Shown piece by piece: positions 36,258-48,538 of a stretch of DNA of 64,000 bases. Source of the DNA: Camelus ferus (Eukaryota); NCBI RefSeq assembly GCF_009834535.1, contig NC_045707.1, forward strand, positions 50,594,001 through 50,658,000, read 5' to 3'. Within the stretch, counting starts at the first letter, position 1; every line of letters begins with the position of its first letter. The notes under the pieces were generated by a model, which was not told the DNA's origin, ran no database searches, and worked only from the letters and a program-made list of their open reading frames with translations. The translations under genes were made by a program, and so were the position numbers.

Positions 36258-37600
36258 AACAGTTTTGCCAGAATGTAAAACATTGCCACTCTTCTCACTG
36301 ATTTTCTATTTTTGTTTTGGAAAACATGTTTATTCTACATAGTAATAGATTATGTATGCTAACCAGGTAATATCCAAATAAATGCAAATAAAGAAATTAA
36401 AAATAAAGCTTGTAGCAAAGTGTCTAAATATAGCAAGTGGTCAATTAATTACTTATTAGTATCATCATTAATAAAATTATGACTGTATGCCCACTGCATT
36501 CAGGACACAAATGTGAAAACCTGTTATCCAAATAATGTTCAAAGCTACGTGTTTTCCCATCTTACCTTTCACCCCTCTCTCCTATGCAATGCCCCATGCA
36601 CAGAAAATTGTCTGAAACTCCTCTAGAACACCAAGTCTATTTGCCCTCCTTACATTGGCATATGACATTTGCTCTGCCTGGGAGGCTTTCCTTTTCCTAG
36701 TCTCCTTAGCACACTCAGTTCCTGCTCCAAGGCTTCCACGTCAGAGATCATCTTTGTCTTGTGGCACTTTGTCCATAGTACTCTTAGCACATTTTACTTC
36801 ATATTTTTGTCTTAGTAACTTTCAGATCTTCCAAGTTTCTAGAGCAAAGGCAGCATATAACAGGTACTAGAGAAATGCTTATTGTGAGAATGTGTCAATG
36901 CAACTGAGCAGGTGATTTGCTTTTAACATAATATGGATTTTTCATGTAGTGCTTTAAAGTTGTTTCAGTTCTCTTTTTCACGATGGTAGGGCTTTATTTA
37001 CTAAGAATGATTATGGCTATTGTTAAATATACAGGTCCTGTTAGCTGCTGAACTTTACCAGGTAGAGATGGGCCACTGTCTTTGTGTTTTTTGCTGCTAG
37101 GACTGGCTTTCTCAGTCACACACACACACACACAAATTAATTGGAGAAGCTTTTACAACAGTCTGTCCAGGGACAAGAGGCCACTCTCTAGATCCCTTGG
37201 CAGAAAGCCCTTGTTGACTCTTGGCCCAAATTCTTAATGAAGGTCACAGCCTTTAGGATTTAGGCTATCTGTCCAGACAAGATGGGGCTTGCTTTTGTAT
37301 AGTATGGTAGAAAGGGGGGGGGGGAATGGAAAGAATTAAATTATTCATGTGGTATATTTCTTTCTTAGTGGCTGTGAATTCCTTAATTTCAATTCAGGTT
37401 TACTGAGTCCTTTTTAGGCCTGAATGTTGGAGATATTGAAAGTCACAAAGTTGCTAAGTATTATAACAGGAGCCTTAGAATACAGTATATTTGCTTCTTA
37501 TGATGGATGTTTTATTTCTCTGCTTGGTAACATCCAGTAGAAATTGATATTGGAGAGTGGGGGGTAAGGGTACTGATTAAGCAATGATCATAGTCCACAT

Positions 37601-37713
37601 TATCATTACCAACTGTCCCAGTTTATCAAGAACTGAAGGATTTCCTGTGATGTGGGACTGTCAGTGCTAAAAACTGGGAATGTAGTGGGAAAATTGGAAA
37701 GGGTTGGTCTCTA
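37601..37713. mobile_element. MER81 (hAT-Blackjack) MITE
   Basis: 'accaactgtcccagttt...gggactgtcagtgctaaaaactgggaa...gttggtctcta' matches remembered consensus and length. Confidence 0.75.
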
Positions 37714-37879
37714 GCTGATTTAAGTCAAGCTTAGAGAGCTTCAGCAACCAGGAGTGCACTATTTTATTCATCTTAATACCACTTGAGTTTTATCATTGAA
37801 ATAGAATAAATGAGAAGCTATTGTTTTGAGCTGGGTTTTGATGAACAATGCCTACATTTATTTATACTGTGCTTCTTGA

Positions 37880-38300
37880 GAAATGGTAAAGTATAATGCT
37901 TAGTGGCCTTGATTATGAAACCAAGTGGCTGGGTCCAAATCCCAAGTCTACCATTTATCTGAGTACCCTTGGGAAATTTATTTAACCTCTCTGTGCCTCT
38001 ATTTACTCATGTGTAAAGTTTCCAATCCTAGAACCTATATTATTCGCTTGTTATTGGGGGTGAAATTGGATAACATATCCTTAAAATAGTGCGTATTATT
38101 GTTATTACTGTTATCACTGTAACTACTGTCACTACTATTAACTAGCTACTAATTAGACATTTAATTCTTCGGGTGCCCTTATCTGTAAAATGGAGATAAT
38201 CTCTACATAGTTAATGTGAGGATTAAAAGGGAAGAGATAATATATGGAAAGCACTTAGCACAGTGGCAAAAAATGAGCTCCCAAGATTTTATTCAGGGTC
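37880..38300 (+). mobile_element. Two adjacent MIR fragments
   Basis: 'gggtccaaatccc...ccttgggaaatttatttaacctctctgtgcctc' and 'atctgtaaaatggagataat...gtgaggattaaa...aagcacttagcacagtg'. Confidence 0.8.
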
Positions 38301-40349
38301 ATTATTCCTATTATTAGAAGTGCTATTATTTGTATTATTACTAGCTTGCCTTGTTCTAGTTCCAAAGGCATAAAACAGCACTCATAATTACAAGGAAATG
38401 TTTTGGATTCTTGGGAAGCTTCTCATTTTTTAATTTAATCTTTCTTGTGATTTTCCTTCACTTTTTGGCTCTGACACTTAATAAACTATCTCATGATGAC
38501 ATCTTTCTCAGATGGTGACACAACTGGGCTTTCTCTGGGATGACTTACCACAGAGTCATCAACTGCTGTTTATTTCTAGTATGTGGTTGTCAGGGTCCTG
38601 GAGACACTTCAGCCAAGTGACTCTTTGGGGCAGATGACTGCCTTGGTTTTGCTGCCCTTCCCAAAATTCCTAGTTCTTACAATTCAAGGACTGCTTAGAC
38701 TTACTTTTTCTCATAAACCTCAAGACATTTTAGAGTAGAACTGCACATTAAAAAAAAAATCTTTGCTAGGAGAGGAAATAAATAACGGGAAAACTTTTTT
38801 TTAAAATCAAATATTTCTGACTATTAACCAATGCAAGTGTCATGTTTGAGTTGAAGAAAGAAGACAGGGAGGGGAAAGGAGATGGAAATTGTAAACCAAT
38901 TGGTAGAGCTTAGCTATACTTAAGGCTCTAAGGAACGCATTATTAAGCATACATTCCAGGCCTGTAATGTGACTATAGATTCTTTACATCTCAGTATGGG
39001 ATGACAGGTCATAGGTTTTATAGCACAGAAGGAAAAAATAAAACCACAGAAGACTGGTTTAAGTATTTAAGTTCTAACACCAGGACTTAAAGACAAATCA
39101 ATCTTAAAACAACATTTGATATCATCAGTCCTATGAACAAAGTAAGTATATCCAGCCTTTAAAGTCTCTGAAAAGCTGTGGTATCGAGTAAGGAATGTAT
39201 GTCCTCACATGAACCCACTGTACAGTAGAAGGATTTAAAAGTAGTTCTATTTGTAAGAAAATGTGTGAACTCGCCAAAGAGAGATATTAGATACTTTCAG
39301 GTGGCCTAAGCCCTGACTCTTACAAATATGATTGGATGCTCAATTCATTGATATCCTATGGTTGGATTTGGAGGGCTCTTGCACAAAACCAAAGGAATGC
39401 AGCCAATATGTGTAACAGGATCTGTTTTATCCCATTTTGGTAATTCAGCCTATACAGAGCAACAAAAAAGGACCCCGAAAGGCTTTAGGCTTCCAGTTAA
39501 AGACAAGGTGGTAAGCTCAGCTGCTGTATAGCTTGTGATGTGACAGAGAAGAGTCCCTGAGAGCACAGGCAGTATGCCAAATGAAAACTGAGACACATAA
39601 GTGAGGATGCTGGGCAAACAATCGTGGGCGGGCACACTTTTACACAGGGGCAGCGTCTGCCTTTCTTAATGCCCTGGAAGAGAGAAGATCCTCAAGATCT
39701 GAGAAGGTAAGTAGACCCCTTATCTGAGTGGGAAGTGAATATGTTTTAGGAGTTCATTGAGGTGGTCTTACGCAAGTAATTGTATGAATAAAAGATGATG
39801 AGTGGAATTCATTGTGAGTTCAGAAAGTCGCTGGCTTCCAGGGTGTATTCAGGAAGTCACAGTGGTGAAATGAGTACACACACTCACCAGGCAAATAGAA
39901 AACGTGTGTTTCTCTTTCTGGGGAGTTGTGGGTATTTTCTAGGAGAAAAGCTACTTTTAGCCTTTCTATCCTACACAGGATTCATGTGTTGCCTCAGTGC
40001 CTCATCTGTCACATCACTTTCCAGCACTCATGTGCTTACTTTTCTTTTTGATTCTCTGAAGCCTTACCATGTTGATGCATTACAGAACTCATGCTGTTTT
40101 ACAACAACTCAACTGGACCTACGTAACCAATCATTTCTCAGGAACTCTCTCTTGCTGTGATTCACTAGGTTTGGCTGCTTGTAGTATCCTTCTAACATCC
40201 TCAGACTAGCATTTTTTTAATAGTATGATTGGCCATGTTAAATGCCACAGTGCCACACTACGACACCAATGGAATAAAGCAGATGTGAAAATCTGGCCAA
40301 CAGGAACATCACCATCGATAATATTTATTGATCATTTCATGTGTTTTGT

Positions 40350-40768
40350 TGTTACTGACCAGGATTTTTGGCCTCCTTAATCAATAGAAATTGATAAAAG
40401 GCCAGACGATGAACTCAGGCAAGGCTTTATTAGGACTTGTGCTGCAGCAGGAGGGATGAAAACCCAGTAACAGAGTCCCTTGCTCCCTCCCCGAGAAGGG
40501 ACGAGCTGGTCCCTTAAATGGGGTGAGGGTAGGGGCGGGTCCAGGGGCTGGGCTGGAGGGTTGGCTTAGGTGGCCTGCCCACCCCCTTGGTGGTGCTGTG
40601 TGGCAGTAGGGTTTTTGGTCTTTTTGTATCTTATTGCTCATAACTCGCCCCAACTGCACATACACACAGTTATTTTTAGTCCCTTATAGTTTCTCTGCAT
40701 TTCTGTTGTTCCATTCCAGTGCAAGCACTGCAGCCCAGGGTCCCAAGTACCAGGTCCCATCTGTCTCA
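40350..40768 (-). mobile_element. Solo LTR, ERV1 (class I)-like, relatively young
   Basis: TG...CA termini; 4-bp flanks ttgt / ttgg; minus-strand AATAAA (tttatt near 40426) downstream of a TATA-like atttaa (near 40515) and a GC box (ggggcggg near 40532); retains CpGs. Confidence 0.82.
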
Positions 40769-40944
40769 TTGGGAATGCACTCAACTATCCACTGTTCAAT
40801 TAATTGACGAAGGTTTATTATGTTCTTACTACCATCTCAAGCTCCGTTGGTTGCTAATTGCATATCTCTCTTTAAATTACTAAGCAATTTATTATCTGTA
40901 ATATTCATTTGAAGAAAATTTCTTTTTTTAAATAGTATTTTTAA

Positions 40945-41170
40945 ATTTTCCTTCCATGAGCCAAGTATTATGCTAAATGTTTTATGTACATCATTTCAAA
41001 TCTTCCCCCAAATCTCTGCAGAGTAGGAATCATTACCCTTTTATTTTTAATAGCTGAGACATAGAGACTCTTAGGCATTGAGTGACACCCTAAAGTCAGA
41101 AAGCTACTAGTAGGGAAGGGGTTTTCCAAACCTAGACTCTGATGCCACAGCTCAGCTCTTCATTAAACCA
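40945..41170 (-). mobile_element. MIR SINE
   Basis: 'atgagccaagtattatgctaaatgttttatgtacatcatttca...ctgagacatagag...cctagactctgatgcca'. Confidence 0.7.
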
Positions 41171-41264
41171 CTGCAGGGATTGTCTGTCAAACTTTATTGC
41201 AAAGTCTTCACAGTCAGGGAAACATATCCTGAAAATTCACTGACTTGTATGTTTCTTCCCATCA

Positions 41265-41600
41265 TTTATTCATTCAATATATTTTTACTTGGCTCATGGA
41301 CACTGAAAATATTCACTGAGCACCTACTCTGAAGTAGGCACCGGGATACAGCAGTGGTGGATGTGTGGCTTACAGTCTGGCCCAGAAGGCAGACACTGAG
41401 TAGATATCTTGGGTGTGATCATTGCTACAAAGAGGTACAAGGTCCTCTTGTATATCACAGGGCTGTAAATCCTGATCTGAAGGGTCAGCCAAGGCTTTTC
41501 TGGAGAAGTGACACTGAAACTAAAACCTAAAGGATGAAAAGGAGTTGTGATAAAAGAGAAGTAAAAAATTCCAGAAAGAAGGAATAACATCCTCTGTGGT
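41265..41600 (-). mobile_element. L2 fragment
   Basis: 'tattcactgagcacctactctg...aaggcttttctggagaagtgacactgaaactaaaacctaaaggatg'. Confidence 0.75.
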
Positions 41601-42055
41601 TCTGCATTAGGAAAGGACATGATGTGTGAGGAGAAAACAGACAATTTCATGGAACTAATAGTTGACCAGTTCTGTGTGTCTTTTGCTGAATTACCAATCA
41701 TTGTTTCATTTTTTTTCCTTCTCGCTTGGACTACTCTCATCAGCTTTTCACCTTGTTGCTAGAATGATCTTTCTAAAATGCAAAACTCAGTATGCCACAG
41801 ATTCCACAGTGATTCCCCACTGCCTATTTAGTAAAGGTCAAATTCCCAGTATGGTGATGGGAACCTTCAGTTTCTGTCCCTTTGCCTTCTCCCCTCTCCA
41901 ACTATAAGTGCCAGTGATACTATTTAAGGCTCTTCAAAAAACTCATGCCACTTGTGTCTCTGCCAAATGCTATTACCCCAACCTAGAATGCCTTCATCTG
42001 CTTAGAAAATTCCTACTCATCCTTTAATGGAACTCATCTGCCACATTCTCTAAAT

Positions 42056-42290
42056 CAGACGTCAGCAAACTATAGTTCAGGAGCCATAATCCAACCCCTC
42101 TGCCTGTCAATGTATGACCTATGAGCTAAAAATGGTTTTCACATTTTTTGTAAATGGAAATAAAATGAACAGAAAGATGATATTTTATGATATATGAAAA
42201 TTATATCAAGTTCAAATATCAATGGCCATAAATGCAGTTTTATTGGAACACAGCCATGCTCATTTGTTTACATAGTATCTATGGTTGCTC
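42056..42290. mobile_element. MER58 (hAT-Charlie), truncated, within a plus-strand L2 (about 41720-42325)
   Basis: 'gtcagcaaactatag...gagctaaaaatggttttcacatttt...gttttattggaacacagccatgctcatttgtttacata'. Confidence 0.85.
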
Positions 42291-43634
42291 AATATTTATT
42301 GAGTGAACAAATGAATGAATGTGAGTAGGGTCATGGTCAGGGAAGGTGAGAATGAACATGGACTGTGTTGGGCACTAAACTGATATCTAATATTCACATC
42401 ACAAATTTGTGCTACTTTTCATTAAGACTGTTAGCTGAATTTTAAAAATGCAATAAAGCCAGGAATCATTTTCATTTAACTGCCAGAAAACAGAAGAGAT
42501 GTTTGACTAAACAGGAGAGGCTATAATGCATAGTAAGGTCTTACAAGCTCCAGTAACTAATTCTGAACTTTTATTAGCTTGAGGACCATTTCCTGACTTT
42601 TATAGGAACCATTCTGGGTAGTATATTCACACCTGCTGATGCCTTTGTGTGCTCTTGGGCCAACTTCTCTTTTCATCATTCCTTGCCACTGACTTACTTG
42701 CTTTCTGCACATGAGGCTGCATTTAACTAGCCTGAAAAGCAAGAATAGATATTATCACAATGAAAGAAACTAAAAACCATCCCTTCCTTAAAAGAAACAC
42801 ATACACAGACACATAGACATACACACAGGAGTCCACAGAGTATGCAAGGGAGGTATTTTTTTCTCAACTGATATTACAATGGAGAGCCGAGCTTTCACCT
42901 AGCACATATCTATTACTGAGGTTTAGAACAGGTTGGTCATTTTCATTGAAATGTTGGAATAAGATCTCAAAAAATACATTTCCATGAAGGATTTGTGAAG
43001 CCCCCTGGGGATTCATTTATTCTGAGCAAAAAGAGCCTGGGAAAAAACTTTAGGGCAGTAGCAGAACTTTGGTGGTCATAGAGGAAAGGTAATTCTGAAA
43101 ACAGCAGAGTCTTTGCTCTTTGTAAATGCCTGCCAGACTGGCCCGTGGACTCATGGCCAGTCCCTCTATGTGAATGCTGAATCTGAAAGGCCAGTTTCCT
43201 AGGATCTTAGTATGACATTGAGCCATAAGCAGCATTGCTTTAGGTCTTCTTCAGAATGGTGCAGGGAAAAGAAAAAAGAAAAAGAAAACGGTGTGAGCAG
43301 GGGAAGAAGAGTCTTCTTTCTCACTTGACAGCCTTAAGTTTGAAACAGATCTGTGCTTCAGTGTCAGTGACAGAGGCACAGGCTGTGGCCCTGACCACAT
43401 ACAGAGGTACCTGCAGAGCAAGAAAGCTGTGCCCAATACACGGGTCAGCAAAGAATCAGCACACGGGCCCACGGGAGCACATGAAAGGGGACTCTAAACT
43501 GGGAAGGTCAAAAGTTTCTGAGGGGATGGTCTAGCTAACTGAGACCTATACCAGGGAGTTGGAGGTGGAAGAACATCTATGACGAAGGCTTGGCTGCGAT
43601 GAAGATCATGGCCTATCTGGAGAACTGCAACTTA

Positions 43635-43812
43635 TTTAATTCTGACCACAACCCTGTGAAGTGGGTACAATTATGAACTCCATTCACAAATGAGAAACTT
43701 AGGCATCCAGAGGTTGAGTAACTTCCCTGAAGTTACATGGCTAGAAAGCAGTAGCTCTGGAATCTAAACTCAGGCAGTCTGATTCCCAGGTCTGTCATCC
43801 TAACTTCCACTG
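43635..43812 (-). mobile_element. MIR SINE
   Basis: 'acaaccctgtgaagtgggtac...agaggttgagtaacttccc...aactcaggcagtctgattcc'. Confidence 0.8.
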
Positions 43813-43900
43813 TATAATATTACCAGTTAATACCCAACTTTAATTAAGCATGTATTATGTCATACATCATAAGTACCTTATATATATTATCTGATCTAAA

Positions 43901-44378
43901 TGCTTTCCAGTTATCTCTTGCTTCATACCACAACTTAGTGACCTGCATCAATAGCTGTCATTTATTTTGCTCATAAATCTCCAATTCGGGCTGGGCTCCG
44001 TTTCACCCAGCATCAGCTCAGTTGAGGTCCGAAGAATCTGCTTTCAGGATGGCTCACTGACTTGCGGAGAAGTTAGAGTTAGCCAGGGCTGAGGACCAGG
44101 AGCCTTAGTGCCCCTTCACTGGGTGTCTCTGTGTGTCCTCAGAGCTCATAGCTCCATTTCAAGGTTAATAATCCCAAGAGCCAGGTGGATGCTGTGTTAC
44201 TTTTTATGACATGCCTCAAAAGTCACATAGCACCACTTCAACCATATCCTCTTGCCTAAAGCAGTCATATAGGTCTCCAAGGTTCAAGGGGAGGGATGTA
44301 GACTCCATCTCTTGATGGCAGGTTCTGGGAATACATGTGAGATCAGGATATTGTTGTAGCCATTTGGGGAATATACAT
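43901..44378 (-). mobile_element. MLT1 (MaLR) LTR inserted in a minus-strand MIR (about 43830-43900 and 44381-44560)
   Basis: 'tttccagttatctcttgct...caacttagtg...tttattttgctcataaatct...aagtcacatagcaccacttc...tagactccatctcttgatgg...ttgtagccatttgg'. Confidence 0.8.
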
Positions 44379-44714
44379 TAATATATATTATCTGATTTAA
44401 TCCTCATAATAAATCTATGATGTGGGCTATATTGTCTTGATATTGAAGATGAGAACTCAGGCTCAGAGAGTTTAAGTAGCTGGACCACATCCACGTAGCT
44501 GGTACATGGTGGGAAAAAGCATATTTCTGATTCAGAACTCCATGCAGTAGACTGTTTTCAGCTTCTAATATTGCCTCCTTACTTAAGCTTTCCCAAGCCA
44601 CTACTTTCTCAATAAAATGAATTACTTCTCCTCTGAAATATTTTATGACCTTTTACATGGAACTGTTATTTCCTGGATCACGTTGATGTATATGAAAAGG
44701 TAGGGTTTTAGAAT

Positions 44715-44945
44715 ACGATATTAAAGCACATGAACTTTGGAGCCAGACTTCTTGGATTCAAATTTCAGTCCTGCTGCTTCTTGCTAGTTGTTTAATCATA
44801 GATGGTCACTTGGCATCTCTTAGTTTTCTCATCTTCAAAATGAGGATAATAATACCAACTTCCTATGCAAGTTCTAAAGAATAAACGAGACAGCTGTAAA
44901 GTGCCTGGCACATAGTAATTGTCATTTAAGAGTTAGCTGTTATTC
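44715..44945 (+). mobile_element. MIR SINE
   Basis: 'actttggagccagacttcttggattcaaat...agttttctcatcttcaaaatgaggataataata...gtgcctggcacatagtaa'. Confidence 0.85.
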
Positions 44946-45519
44946 TGGATTTAATTATAGGAATGTCTGTTTCTCCTATGAGATGGTTAGCTTCGAGGGG
45001 CAAGGCTCCATTTTATCCTTCTTTTTGCTCTAGTGTTTAGTTCAGGACCTCAATATGTGCTAATTGCTCTAGATAAAAGGAGTTTTGCCATCTGATTTGT
45101 TTTATTCAATGAGTCCTTAAATTTCAAGTAATCAGATTTTTCCCCCTAAATTCTTCTTTAGGAGAAAGGCATATTTAAATATATACCAAATGTTATTAGA
45201 AATTTAGTCACAAAAACAGATGTACATCATGTATTAAAAATTATTCTTAAATTCTACACCTCTTACATTTACTACTTTAGTTACAACTTTTTAAATAGCT
45301 AGAAGAGACTTCAGAAATCATTGCTGGTGTCTCCCTTATTTTGTAGACAAAGAAACTGAGTATCAGAGAGGTTGACTATTTTTCTATTGGTAAATTAGTG
45401 ACAGAGCTCAGCCTAGACCCAGGATACAGACTAGATCCTTGTTTGCTCTACCTCTTCCATTTCATTTACTCAAAGAGAAATAAACAGTAATACAATGATT
45501 GAGAACCTCAATAACCCCT

Positions 45520-46385
45520 TCATTAATTAATAAAAATAATTTTTGAGTGCTCACTGTATGTAGGTGCCATGATAGGTTCCAGCGGTGGGCAATGAAGGAG
45601 TCACAGTCACGGTCCTCAAAGACAGATAAGTTGAAGGACGCAGAACCTTCACGCTGCATGAGAAGCCCGTCCTAGCACATGCTAACCTATACAGCGCGCT
45701 TCTGGGAAAAAAGTAAACCCAAATTCTAAGAGAGGGACCCAAGGTAGTTACTCGAAAGAGGTAACATTTGAGTTGTGTCTTGAAAAATGAAGAGCATTTC
45801 ACCAGTGGATGGAATTCTAGACCGCAGAAACAACATAGATCAATCATCAAATGCTCACTTAACACCACTGTGGGCTAGGCCATGTGCTGCAGACTGGAAT
45901 AAGAGAGTGAGCAAGAGAATAAGGTCTCTGCCAGCAATGCATTTTTTACTTGAGTGGGAATTTGAAGGATTAACTACAAGTGATTTACCTTTTAAAATTA
46001 CAATAAAAACCTCTGCTAAGGAGATTTAATCTGGGCATACAGAGGATAAGAGGGAAGCAGGGATACTTCTTGAGGAAGTGACACTGAAGTCAAAGCCCGG
46101 AGGATGACAGGAGAATTAACTGGCCTAAGTGGCTTATGGAGTAGGAAGAGCATTAAGAGGCAATACCATGTCTAATGGCCCTGAGGCAGTAATCAGCTGT
46201 GTCTAAAGATGAGCCTGGCTTGAACATAAACAAAAGGGCCTGGAGAGGCCTACTAGGCTCTAGAGAGGTAGGCGGGGGCTAGCAGAGGAATACCCATGAA
46301 CAACCTCAACAAAGCCATGGGAGGATTTAAAAAGAGAGGAGTAAAGTGATCTAATTTGTAATCTTAAAAATCACTCTGACTTCAA
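45520..46385 (-). mobile_element. L2 fragments (two or more)
   Basis: 'ttgagtgctcactgtatgtaggtgcc', 'gaggtaacatttgagttgtgtcttgaaaaatgaag', 'gaggaagtgacactgaag'. Confidence 0.65.
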
Positions 46386-48431
46386 AGGTCACAAAACAAA
46401 GCCACAAGGTTGTGAAAGACATGGCACACTCAGGCATTGCAGATAATTTTATAAGGCTGGAGTCCAGGGCCTAAGGTGGAGAGTCTCAGGAAATGCAGGC
46501 TGGAGCCAGATCCTGAAGGAAGATCCTTCAGTCTCAGGGTAGGACTTGTGCATTTTATCCAGCAGGGGATACAGGTATCTTGATTCATATATAGGAGAAC
46601 AAAACATTCAGACCATAAGAATCATGCCAAAATGATTCATGCTTACCCAGGATATTGCAACTACTAAGATAGATAATGGATTGACAAATTTCCTAAATAG
46701 TTTATGTAAGCTAGAAAGAAAAGACAAAACAAAACAAAACAATGGATTTCAATTAACAAGAACTACCTGGTTTCTGTTTTCCCATTACTTGAGGTTTGCT
46801 GAGGACTTCAAATGTAAAAAGACACAGACTTGGACAGGGCAGAGAAGAGCAACTAAGACCTTGTTATATAACGCCTGGTGGGGTGGATTTCTTGGTAAAC
46901 CTTATGTGAGCTCCCAAGGATGTGCCCAGGCATATACCAGAATAGTGCCTGCCTATGTGATGCAACCTAACACTGCCTCTACTTGCTGCAATTTTACTTT
47001 GTGCCTCTGGGTAGGTAATTACAGATTGTTTGATCTTAGTCAATAAAATACTATTCAATTTCCCCTGAAGACATCAGAGATGTATTAACTATAGTAAAAA
47101 TATTTTCCCACGCCACTATTTGAATTTCAAGCATACATTTCTATTCATTTAATTTCCAGCTCTTTAAGATAGAGACCAAGTGCAAATTAAAAATATAAGA
47201 ACATTACTCATATTTCTGGAGGTAAAGATGGATGGATGTTCATTCAGTAAATTACACCTACTCTCAGGGAAATTGCTGTTGATGACACTCATGAAGGTTA
47301 ACTTCTTGATCAATCTACACTGGCTGTCTCCTCTGACAGTCTATGTTGTGAAGTTTAGATTAAACAGGTGATACAAGAAACATCTACATTCAGAATTTGA
47401 GAGATATCTTTGAAAATTCAGTGGAATCCTAATTGTATTAATTCTATCATTTGTTTTATACAAATCATGGTCCAAATTCTGCCCCTTAATTCATTATAAC
47501 CCCTCAGAGTTTCTCTGTAAAACTGAAAGCAATCCTTTTTTCACACCTTCTGTGTCATCATAAAGAGATAACATTGTATTTAACAACTTATGAGATCTCT
47601 AGTTGAAAGTGTACTTGCAGCAGTGGTAGATTTGGGTGAGAAACAAAGGCCTTGTGCTTGTCCAATGATTATTAAGTAAATAAACCTCATCAATATATTC
47701 ACAAAGACTAAGAAAGAAAATCACACCCTGAACTAAACGCCATTGCCACCTTGGAAGTGTGATTCAGTTTGTATTCTTGTTAATTTGGTGAAATATACAG
47801 TGCTAAAATATGGATTGTTTTCTGAAAATAAACCAAATGTTTTCTGTATACTTCAATATACCATACCATATGACATTAAGTATCAGGCTAAATAAATATA
47901 CTTTTTAACTGTAAATGGTACTATTATTATATATCCAATAAAAATGTCTTTAAAACAAGTGAAAGAATTCATGTTTTATGTCAAATATCTTCAAATTACC
48001 AGAATCTCTCAGATTATGATGATTCTAATAAGCTTGGTAAGGATATAATTGATAAAATTTATAGTAAAAGTTGAAATGATATTCTGAAAATGCATTAGCA
48101 ATACTGTTAAGATTTGAATTCATTCAACAGTATTAAAAAACATTAAAATGCTTTATTTTGGTTTGGTTTTGAGAAATATAGACCAGTACAAAATCCAGAG
48201 AAGTACAGCGGCCTCACTTTCAAACAGCACATAACCATTTCAGTTTGTCTGTTATCTAAACTATCTATCAGGCATCTATACATTGAAATCCTGCTACTTC
48301 TCCCTCTAATCAGGCCGAAAATGAAATTCTTCCCTGTTCTAGATGCCCATCTTCCCGGTTTTGTGAGAAGTGCTGCAAGGTGGTTTCATCATCACAGCTG
48401 CCTGGGCTAGGAGCTGTTCTCTAGTATATAA

Positions 48432-48538
48432 AATGACAGTACAACTGATCATCCAAATGAAAGGAGTGCTATCAATAACACTGGTACAACAGATATAAAC
48501 TGGATGCTCCTGGGAAGCCAGGAGTAACAGTCATCCTA
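48432..48538. mobile_element. MER94-like (hAT-Blackjack) remnant
   Basis: 'atcatccaaatgaaaggagtgctatcaataac...acaacagatataaactgga...gtcatcct'; similar to the copy at 63700-63840. Confidence 0.55.

Noticed and set aside
46639..47046. 135-aa plus ORF, among the longest not explained by repeats
   Set aside because: Weak start context, no recognisable domain, includes an (AAAAC)n run; within chance expectation for 64 kb in six frames
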